Of a stretch of DNA of 23,407 bases, positions 1-7,291 are shown in pieces. The notes under the pieces were generated by a model. The model did no database searches, had not been told where the DNA came from, and was given only the letters and a program-made list of their open reading frames with translations. Made by a program: the position numbers and the translations under genes. The stretch comes from Nitrospinota bacterium. Lineage in GTDB: Bacteria > UBA8248. The stretch covers positions 1-23,407 of the forward strand of contig JAYGFR010000118.1 of the NCBI GenBank assembly GCA_046581755.1, given 5' to 3'. The stretch's first letter is position 1; every line of letters begins with the position of its first letter.

Positions 1-274
1 AGAATTGCCAAATTTGGTGAAGCAAAACCGGAAGGCCGATGAAGATGGCGGCGTAGATGGCGATTTTCAGGTGGGCGAAAAAGGCCTCGGTCGGTTTGAG
101 GAACACGAGTTGGTCGACTCTTCCGGCGATGGGACGCCGGGCCAACTCCAGGAGTTCGGCCGAAAAGAAATAGGTGATGAGGAACAGGCCTACGATGGTC
201 CCGAGGATAACAAGGATGCGGTTGCGCAGTTCGGTCAGATGCCCCGTAAGGGGCATGGAGTCTTCGTCGCTCAC
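1..274 (-). CDS. tatC: Twin-arginine translocase subunit TatC (5' part; runs off the window; not in the ORF track)
   Basis: Manual translation from GTG at 274 (GTGA overlap with the tatB stop): MSDEDSMPLTGHLTELRNRILVILGTIVGLFLITYFFSAELLELARRPIAGRVDQLVFLKPTEAFFAHLKIAIYAAIFIGLPVLLHQIWQF. It shows the TatC motifs MPLxxHLxELRxR, P(T)EAF and P..L.Q.W.F. Confidence 0.95.
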   Translation of the reverse strand, partial: MSDEDSMPLTGHLTELRNRILVILGTIVGLFLITYFFSAELLELARRPIAGRVDQLVFLKPTEAFFAHLKIAIYAAIFIGLPVLLHQIWQF

Positions 275-765
275 GTCTGCTCGGTCCTCTCCTTGGGAGG
301 TTCATCGTCCGAGCCTCCGGCGCTCGGTGAGGAGGAGCCGCCGGATGAAGCCTTCCCCTCTTCTCCCCCGCTCGTGGGAGCCGGTGATTCGGAGGATGAG
401 GTCTTCCCCTCTGCTCCCTTGCCCGGGGGAGCCGGTGATTCGGACGATGAGGCCGCGCTTGTCGTTTCTGCCGAGTTTGTTGTTACTGGAGAAGGTTCCG
501 GGGGGGGCGAGGGATCGATGCGGTTGGGATCTTTTTCCTCCTCGACGGCATCCTCGTTGGAAGCATCGTTGGACGTTGAGGTGGCGTCCAGATCGAAGTC
601 GGATTCGAGGTTCACGGAATCCTGAAAATCCGACGTCGCCCGCTTAAAATCCCGCAGCGTCTTGCCGAGGGTTCGGGCGAGATCGGGCATCCGCTTGGGG
701 CCGATCACGACGAGCGCCACCACGAATATGATAAGCAATTCTGTGATTCCGATGCTTCCAAACAA
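271..765 (-). CDS. tatB: Twin-arginine translocase subunit TatB (TatA/B family)
   Basis: MFGSIGITELLIIFVVALVVIGPKRMPDLARTLGKTLRDFKRA has a TM helix, the GP hinge and an amphipathic helix, followed by a long acidic Ser/Pro-rich tail. TTG start with GGAG 8 nt upstream; coupled to tatC. Confidence 0.9.
   Translation of the reverse strand: MFGSIGITELLIIFVVALVVIGPKRMPDLARTLGKTLRDFKRATSDFQDSVNLESDFDLDATSTSNDASNEDAVEEEKDPNRIDPSPPPEPSPVTTNSAETTSAASSSESPAPPGKGAEGKTSSSESPAPTSGGEEGKASSGGSSSPSAGGSDDEPPKERTEQT
343..454. repeat. In-frame 51-bp (17-aa) imperfect tandem repeat, about 2.2 copies, in the TatB tail
   Basis: GGGAGCCGGTGATTCGGA occurs at 376 and 427, and CTTCCCCTC at 352 and 403. The protein has SSSESPAP...EGK twice. 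Confidence 0.85.
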
Positions 766-802
766 TTTTGATACTCCCGGCTAATGGAAAAAGCTCCCAG
801 CG

Positions 803-811
803 TTTATACCA
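803..811 (-). promoter_or_regulatory. Putative extended -10 promoter of tatBC
   Basis: Minus strand TGgTATAAA about 40 nt upstream of the tatB start. Confidence 0.45.
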
Positions 812-933
812 AATCAGAGGAACGGGGTGAATGGTGGGGTATGAACCCTGGAGGATGGCGGGCGGAACGATTTCGCTGGGGCGGGTCTGCCCGAATGCCG
901 GCAGGCCGGCCATCCTGGCCGCGTTTTCGGTTA

Positions 934-949
934 TGCTATAAGGTATAAT
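934..949 (+). promoter_or_regulatory. Putative sigma70 -10 region for the beta-propeller gene
   Basis: TGcTATAAG (934-942) and a perfect TATAAT (944-949) in an AT-rich patch 60 nt before the ATG at 1009. Confidence 0.5.
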
Positions 950-1008
950 AAATCATATGGTTAAGAAGCCGCGCGCGAGTTGCGGAAAGGAATTGAGTGG
1001 AGGGGGAA

Positions 1009-2035
1009 ATGAATCCGATGAGGATGGATGGGCGAAGGTGTTCGATTTGGCGGCGGCCGGCGGCGGCTCTGATTGCGGCGGCGCTCTATTTTGGCCCTGC
1101 TCCCGCGGCCCTGGCCGGGCGGGAGCTGGTCTATGTATTTAACACCGGGAGCAAGGATGTCACCGTCATCGACCCGGTCAGCCACACGGTGGTCCGGACC
1201 CATCCTCTCGGCGTATCCGTCCGCTGGCTCTCGGATGAGCAAAATTACTGGGACGGCCGCCGAATCTGGACCTATACCATCGAGGCGGGGATTTCCCACG
1301 CGGTCGTCATCGACCCGCGCGGGTTCCGGGTGATCAAAAAATTCCTCTGGGCAGGGGGCCTTCGCACAGCGCCGTTCTGGTCCGGGGAGGCCGCTTTGCC
1401 CTGCTCAATGTGGCGGGCGACAATCATATCGCGGTAATTGACACCCAAAAGCTCACCCTGGCAGGCGGATACCGACGGGCGCGTTTCCCTGCGACTTGGA
1501 CACGACCCCGGACGGGCGTTATGTATTCACCCCCGAGCGCAACCAGGACACCGTGGCCCAGATCGATTTGCGGACCTTTCAGGTGTCCAGGCGCATCTCC
1601 CTTGGGAGGGGAAGCTGGCCTCACATGCTCCGGGTGTCTCCCGGCGGGGACCGGGTGTGGGTGCAAACCGCCCGGGGGAACACCAACACCTTCCCCGGCG
1701 CGGCGGATTTGAGCCTCCTGAAAACCATCTCCGTGGGCCGGATTCCGGTGACGAACGCCTTCCGGCCGGATGGGCGCGTCTCCTACATCACCAATTTGGG
1801 GGATGGGACCATTTCGGTGGTCGATACGCAACGCATGACGGAAATCGCCCGGATTCCGGTGGGTCCAGGGCCTGGAGTGGTGGGTTTTTCGGCGGATGGC
1901 CGGTTTGCTTTCGTATCCCTCCGGGGGAGGAATGCCGTGGCGGTTTTGGATGCCCGCGCCCATAGGGTGCTCAAATATATCCCTGCCGGAAAGGGCCCCT
2001 CCGGCCTTTTGGTGACGGATCGGCTGGGGCCTTGA
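1009..2035 (+). pseudogene. Secreted YncE/YVTN-family beta-propeller protein interrupted by two single-base deletions (pseudogene or sequencing indels)
   Basis: Signal peptide ending PAALA, then repeats VYVFNTGSKDVTVID, NVAGDNHIAVIDTQ, TPDGRYVF, PDGRVSYITNLGDGTISVVDT and SADGRFAFVS spread over three frames. Adding one A at the A6 run (1336-1341) and one C near 1466 restores ...IKKIPLGRGPSHS...LAGRIPTGAFPCDLDTTPDGRY. RBS GGAGGGGG before ATG 1009. Confidence 0.85.
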
Positions 2036-2107
2036 CCCGCGAATCCTACCGGAATATGGCCGAATCCGGCCACGGCCCCTCCAGGGCGCGTAAAGGCGGC
2101 GGAACCT

Positions 2108-2136
2108 TTGAATGACACGGGGGGTTCTGATATTAT
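2108..2136 (+). promoter_or_regulatory. Putative sigma70 promoter for the exonuclease gene
   Basis: TTGAAT-N17-TATTAT with TG at the extended -10 position (2128-2129). Confidence 0.55.
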
Positions 2137-2190
2137 CCTATCAGGTGGGGCCGCCCATTTCTCGTTGATCCGTAAATTGCCTTTACGTTC

Positions 2191-4068
2191 ATGAGACACA
2201 TAATTCGCCGGGCGATCAAGCAAGAGGGGAAGCCTGTTTCCTATTCCGATCTGGCACGTAAAATACTCAAAGCTGACGGGTTAAGCGAGGATGCCGCAAA
2301 GGCCATCCTGGCGCCCCTCCTCGAATCGAACCCCCACTTTTCCCAGGACGACAAGGGGCGCTGGAAGGCTATCGATCCAGCCCTGAAGTCACGTTTTCTT
2401 CCGGACGTCACCTATTCGGTAGTGGACATCGAAACGACCGGCGGCCGGCCCCCCCAGCACCGGATCACCGAGTTGGCGGCGGTCAAAGTGCGCGACGGCA
2501 AGGTCATCGATGAGTTCCATCACCTGGTCAATCCGGGCCGGGAAATCCCCTGGAGCGTGGTACGCCTGACGGGGATCACGGATGCCATGGTGCTGGATCA
2601 GCCGGAATTAACCGAAGTGCTCCCCAAGTTTCTCAATTTTCTGGACGGCACCGTCTTTGTGGCGCACTGCGCGAATTTCGATTTTCATTTCATTCGTTAT
2701 TTTGCGAATCAGTATCTGGGCCGGGATATCGACCCGCCGATATTGTGCACCTTCAAGCTGGCGCAGCGGCTTCTTCCGCAGGCGGGGCGCTACAATCTGG
2801 CGGAGCTTTCCGCCTTCATCGGCCTGGACGATTCGGTCAACGACCGGCACCGGGCGCTGGGCGACGCGAGGACAACGGCCGAAATCATCGTCCGCCTTCT
2901 CCGGCTGGCGCAGATGATCGGGCTGGAATCGCTTCAGGACGTGCTCGACTGCCAGGAGGTCTCGGGCAAGGAGTCTCCGCCCCTCGCCGAGGGGGTCTCC
3001 ATCGACCCCGCGACCCTGAACGATTTGCCCACCGAAAGAGGGGTGTTCCGCCTCCTCAACGAGAAGAGCGAAACGGTGTTCTCGGGAAAGGCCCCCGATA
3101 TTCAGCGGGCCGTGCGCGACATTTTTTACCCCAAAAACGGCTCGGCGAAGAAGTTGATTCAAAAGATCCGCTCCGTCCGGAAGGTCGAGACGCGCCCGAT
3201 GGAAAGCGAACTGGGGATGACCATCCAGGCCAGCCGGCTGAGGCGCGCTTCGAAGGGGATGAACGGCTCGGGGCAGGCGAGTGGGACAGGATTCCTCAAA
3301 ATCAGCCTCGGGAGCAAATATCCCCGCGCCTATTCGGTCAACCATTTGGCGGTGGACGGAGGCGCCTACTACGGCCCGTTCCGGAAACAGGCCCAGCTAC
3401 GCGATCTGCTTGGCGCGATTCATTCCGTTTTCCCCCTCCGGCGCGTCCAGAGGGGGGCCAGGACTGCGGAGGGCCGCGAGCCCGAGCCGCTCCCGGAATC
3501 GGCCATCGATATCTCCCCAGCCGTGTACGGGCGGATGATCGTTCGCCTCCAGCGGATTCTGGAAGGGCGGCTGCGCCGATCCAGCGATCAAGGTTTGCTG
3601 ACACTGCTTGAGAAAGCCTGGGAAAAGAAAGGACCCACTCCCGGCCAACTCAAGCGGAACCTGGGGCGGCTTCGCCACCTGATCCAGAATCAGTCTCTTT
3701 CAGGGCCCTCGGTGGAGCGGCGGAATTTGGTCATCATCGAGCCGGGGGAATCGATGGCGCAGCGGATTTGCTATTTCGTCCGCGACGGGCTTTTGGTGGA
3801 TGAGTTTGAATTCGACCTGGCCTCCCCGCCCATCGATGAGCTCGCGGCCCGGACCCAGACGGTATTTTTCGGAGGCAAGGCCGGAACCGGCGAGCCCGCC
3901 AAGGAGGCTCTGGAGGAGGCCGCCATCATCGCCGCCTGGCTAAGGCGCGAATTAATCGACGGTTTCATCCTGGAGTTGTCCCCGAAATTGGACCTGGAAG
4001 AGGTTCTCGAAACCCTGATGCGCTCTCTGGCCAATCCCCAGGCCGCCGGCACCTGCATTTCGGCCTGA
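2191..4068 (+). CDS. DEDDh (DnaQ/epsilon-like) 3'-5' exonuclease fused to a degenerate GIY-YIG/UvrC-N-like region
   Basis: ExoI VVDIETTG, ExoII FVAHCANFD and ExoIII HRALGDA. These are followed by LPTERGVFRL...VFSGKAPDIQRAV and YYGPF...FPLRR, collinear with the UvrC N-terminus. Confidence 0.88.
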   Translation: MRHIIRRAIKQEGKPVSYSDLARKILKADGLSEDAAKAILAPLLESNPHFSQDDKGRWKAIDPALKSRFLPDVTYSVVDIETTGGRPPQHRITELAAVKVRDGKVIDEFHHLVNPGREIPWSVVRLTGITDAMVLDQPELTEVLPKFLNFLDGTVFVAHCANFDFHFIRYFANQYLGRDIDPPILCTFKLAQRLLPQAGRYNLAELSAFIGLDDSVNDRHRALGDARTTAEIIVRLLRLAQMIGLESLQDVLDCQEVSGKESPPLAEGVSIDPATLNDLPTERGVFRLLNEKSETVFSGKAPDIQRAVRDIFYPKNGSAKKLIQKIRSVRKVETRPMESELGMTIQASRLRRASKGMNGSGQASGTGFLKISLGSKYPRAYSVNHLAVDGGAYYGPFRKQAQLRDLLGAIHSVFPLRRVQRGARTAEGREPEPLPESAIDISPAVYGRMIVRLQRILEGRLRRSSDQGLLTLLEKAWEKKGPTPGQLKRNLGRLRHLIQNQSLSGPSVERRNLVIIEPGESMAQRICYFVRDGLLVDEFEFDLASPPIDELAARTQTVFFGGKAGTGEPAKEALEEAAIIAAWLRRELIDGFILELSPKLDLEEVLETLMRSLANPQAAGTCISA

Positions 4069-4117
4069 AGCTTCCCTGCCTTTCCTGAAAAATTTTGCCC
4101 GGCCCTCGTCAAATCTG

Positions 4118-4146
4118 TTGATCGGGGTAGGTCCCTGTGCTAGCTT
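4118..4146 (+). promoter_or_regulatory. Putative sigma70 promoter upstream of the CoA-ligase operon
   Basis: TTGATC-N17-TAGCTT with TG at 4138-4139 (extended -10). Confidence 0.45.
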
Positions 4147-4425
4147 GAGTCATCCTTCAACAAACTGGATCAGAAAACCCAAAGCTGCTTTCCTATGGAA
4201 ATGATTGTCCGGGGACCCGATTTTCGACGTTTCACGGCGAACGATTTTTTCTTCGCGGGAAAATGGATCATTCCGAACGCGGGTGAGGGTCATGCACACC
4301 GATGTATTTTTCATGCGCTCGCCGGCGCACCGTTCGAACGATGAAAAATCCGTACATCCATTCGATTGCCTCATCGGCGGCGGCGCCGCTTCCGCGGGAC
4401 ATCTTTTTTGCGGGTTCAAAAATTA

Positions 4426-5760
4426 ATGGGCGATCCTGCGAGAGGCGATTTTTGGGATGAGCGCATCGAGCGGATGGGGCGGGATGAACTCTCCGCCCTT
4501 CAGCTCGAGCGCCTGAAGCGGCAGGTTCGCCGGTGCTACGAGGGCTCTGCGTTTTACCGAGAGCGCCTGGATGCGGCCGGTGTGGGGCCGGACGGCATAC
4601 GCTCCCTCGGGGACATCGAAAAAATCCCGCCCGTCACGAAAGAAGAGCTCCGCGAGGAGCAAAAGGCGCACCCTCCCTTTGGGCGCTACACAGTGGCGCC
4701 CCCCGAAAGCTGGGGGGAGCTCCATCCTTCGACGGGGACGACGGGGGTTCCGGTGGGCACCATCTGGAGCCGAAAGGATGTCGAAACCATTGCCGACTTT
4801 ACCGCCCGGACGATGTGGAGCTTCGGAGTGCGGCCGGAGGATATCGTCCAGAACGCCTTTAGCTACGGGCTTTGGGTGGCCGGGATGAGCGTCCACTACG
4901 CCACCCAGAAAATCGGTTGCTTCGTCATTCCCATCGGCGCCACCCAGACCGAGCGGCAGATCTTCTACATGCGGACCATGGACTCGACCGTCATTCTCAG
5001 CACCCCGAGCTTTGGCCTCTATATCGGAGAAAAGCTCCGAGAGAGCGGGGTGGACCCGGGGGAGCAAAACCTGCGGATCGGCGCCTTCGGCGGCGAGGCG
5101 GGCGCTCAAAATCCCGCCACCCGATCGCGCATCGAAGGAGCCCTCGGCGTCGATGCCTACGATTATTACGGCCTGGGAGAAATCGGGCCGACGTTCGCGA
5201 GCGAGTCGGTCGCGAAGTCGGGCCTCATCTGGGCGGAGGACCATCACCTCATCGAGGTGCTCGATCCGGAAACGCGAAGGCCCGTGGCCGAGGGCGAGGT
5301 GGGGATTCTCGTCATCACCCACCTCACCCGGGAGGCGACGCCGATGCTCCGTTACTGGACGAACGACTATGCGTGCCTGGAAAGCGCGCCCAGTTCCTGT
5401 GGCCGAACCCACAGGCGCTCGCCCGGGGGAATTCTCGGCCGCCACGACGACCTGATCATCTACCGGGGTGCGAAGTTTTATCCCGTTCAGGTCGAGGACG
5501 TGGTTCGGAGTTTTCCGGAATTGAGCAACGAGTTTCGCATCGAGCTCCGGTCCGGAGAAGATACGGGCCGGGACCGGTGCGTGGTGATTGCCGAGGCGGC
5601 CGGGGAGGGGACCTCCGACGGATTGGAGGCGGTGCTTCGCGAAAAGCTCCGCGGGGAGCTCCAGGTCACGCCCGAGATCGAAATCCTCTCGCCCGGCTCG
5701 TTTGAGCGGACCACATTCAAGGCCCAGCGATTTATCGATGCGCGGAACTCAGAGAAATAA
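4426..5760 (+). CDS. Phenylacetate-CoA ligase family (PaaK-like) acyl/aryl-CoA ligase; substrate uncertain
   Basis: LQLERLK, IPPVTKEELR, P-loop HPSTGTTGVP, NAFSYGLW, YDYYGLGE, EDHHLIEVLDPET, TREATPMLRY, GRHDDLIIYRG and C-terminal KAQRFID. The likely start is the ATG at 4426. Confidence 0.9.
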   Translation: MGDPARGDFWDERIERMGRDELSALQLERLKRQVRRCYEGSAFYRERLDAAGVGPDGIRSLGDIEKIPPVTKEELREEQKAHPPFGRYTVAPPESWGELHPSTGTTGVPVGTIWSRKDVETIADFTARTMWSFGVRPEDIVQNAFSYGLWVAGMSVHYATQKIGCFVIPIGATQTERQIFYMRTMDSTVILSTPSFGLYIGEKLRESGVDPGEQNLRIGAFGGEAGAQNPATRSRIEGALGVDAYDYYGLGEIGPTFASESVAKSGLIWAEDHHLIEVLDPETRRPVAEGEVGILVITHLTREATPMLRYWTNDYACLESAPSSCGRTHRRSPGGILGRHDDLIIYRGAKFYPVQVEDVVRSFPELSNEFRIELRSGEDTGRDRCVVIAEAAGEGTSDGLEAVLREKLRGELQVTPEIEILSPGSFERTTFKAQRFIDARNSEK

Positions 5761-5777
5761 GCGTTCCCGGAGAGGCC

Positions 5778-6938
5778 ATGCGAAGCGTATCCATCATCGG
5801 CGCCGGCATCACCCCGTTCGGGGTGCGCCCCGAAAGCGCGGTCCGCCTGGGCGCCGAGGCCTGCCGGACGGCGATGGAGGATGCCGGAATCGGTCCGGAG
5901 CGGGTCGAGGCATTTTTTCTCGGCAATTTCGCCGGCCACGCATTCATGGGACAAAACCACCTCGCCCCGATGGTCGCCCACGCGGCGGGTCTGGGGCCGG
6001 TGCCCTGCACCCGGGCCGAGGGGGCGTGCGCGTCGGGAGGGCTGGCGATGCGCCAAGGGGTGCTGGCGATCGCCTCGGGCGCGGTCGATGTGGTCCTGGT
6101 GGCCGGGGTTGAGAAGATGACTGGCGCCGCCACCGGAGAGACGGCGCAGATCCTCGCCGCCGCCGGGGATTATGAAAGCGAAGCCTCCATCGGCGCCACC
6201 TTTCCGGCTCTGTTTGCCCTGATCGCGAGAAGGCATATGCACGAGTACGGCACTACCTGCGAGGACATGGCAAGGGTTGCGGTCAAGAACCATGCGCATG
6301 GCTATCTCAATCCGGGCGCCCATCTTCAAATAAAGATCACCCTCGAAGAGGTGCTAGGCTCCCGGCCGGTGGCGGACCCCATTTGCCTGTTGGATTGTTC
6401 TCCCATCAGCGATGGAGCGGCGGCGGTGGTCCTGTGCCCGGGTGAGATGGCAGCCGATCTGCACCCGAAACCGATCCGGGTCCTCGCCTCGGCGCAGGCG
6501 TCCGATGTGCCGGCGCTTTCGGACAAGAGCGACATTACGCGGTTTCAATCCACCTGCCGCGCGGCCGAGGAGGCCTTTCGGCGGGCGGGGATGCAGCCCG
6601 AGGATATCGACCTGGCAGAGGTGCACGATTGCTTCACCATCGCGGAAATCATGGCCCTCGAGGATATCGGCTTCTACCGCAAGGGAGAGGGCGCCCGGGG
6701 CGCGTGCGAGGGAGAGACGGCCCTGGGAGGGGCCATGCCCGTGAACGCGAGCGGGGGGCTGAAGGCGAAGGGCCATCCGGTGGGCGCGACGGGGGTGGCG
6801 CAGATATGCGAAATCGCACTCCAGCTTCGCGGCGACGCCGGCCCGCATCAGGTCCCTGGGGCCGAGGTGGGGTTGGCGCACAACCTGGGGGGCTCGGGGG
6901 CCACCTGCGCCGTCCATATTCTCGCCTCGGGCGCATGA
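5778..6938 (+). CDS. SCP2/archaeal-type thiolase (acyl-CoA C-acyltransferase)
   Basis: Nucleophile motif EGACASGG, plus AGVEKM, DCSPISDGAAA, EVHDCFT (HDCF type), NASGGLKAKGHPVGATG and HNLGG. Confidence 0.93.
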   Translation: MRSVSIIGAGITPFGVRPESAVRLGAEACRTAMEDAGIGPERVEAFFLGNFAGHAFMGQNHLAPMVAHAAGLGPVPCTRAEGACASGGLAMRQGVLAIASGAVDVVLVAGVEKMTGAATGETAQILAAAGDYESEASIGATFPALFALIARRHMHEYGTTCEDMARVAVKNHAHGYLNPGAHLQIKITLEEVLGSRPVADPICLLDCSPISDGAAAVVLCPGEMAADLHPKPIRVLASAQASDVPALSDKSDITRFQSTCRAAEEAFRRAGMQPEDIDLAEVHDCFTIAEIMALEDIGFYRKGEGARGACEGETALGGAMPVNASGGLKAKGHPVGATGVAQICEIALQLRGDAGPHQVPGAEVGLAHNLGGSGATCAVHILASGA

Positions 6939-7291
6939 TGGAAGAGGGGGCGGAGCGGTCCCTTTCCGTCCATGGCTGTCCCGCATGCGGGCGCACCTAT
7001 TTCGGCGATGGCGCGGAATGCGGCCACTGCGGCGCCGCGCTAGAGGAAAAATTCGTCACCGGGCGCGGAAAGGTGTACAGCTATTCCGCCGTTCACGTTG
7101 GGCCGGAAGGCATGGAGGCGCCCTATCTCCTCGCGCTCGTGGACCTGGATGGTTCCGGCCGCGTCCTTGGGATTGTGGAAGGGCAGGATAGAACTCAACT
7201 GAGGGTGAACCAGCCGGTTTGTTTTGCCGGGATATCGAACGGCGGTCCCGTGTTCAGGCCCGCCGAATTTTCGGGGAAGAGCCGTGGCTGA
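6935..7291 (+). CDS. DUF35 Zn-ribbon/OB-fold protein (thiolase partner)
   Basis: CPAC...CGHC zinc ribbon, GRGKVYSYSAVH and PYLLALVDLD. ATGA overlap with the thiolase stop. Confidence 0.9.
   Translation: MMEEGAERSLSVHGCPACGRTYFGDGAECGHCGAALEEKFVTGRGKVYSYSAVHVGPEGMEAPYLLALVDLDGSGRVLGIVEGQDRTQLRVNQPVCFAGISNGGPVFRPAEFSGKSRG

Noticed and set aside
5..625. 206-aa plus-strand acidic ORF
   Set aside because: It is antisense to tatC and tatB, which have clear motifs.
1009..1110. Tat signal peptide on the beta-propeller next to tatBC
   Set aside because: The RR pairs (GRRCSI, WRRPAA) do not match S/T-R-R-x-F-L-K. A Sec-type signal is equally plausible.
2191..4068. Anti-phage defence or mobile-element nuclease
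   Set aside because: It sits in a housekeeping context with host-like composition and has no integrase, transposase or defence neighbours.
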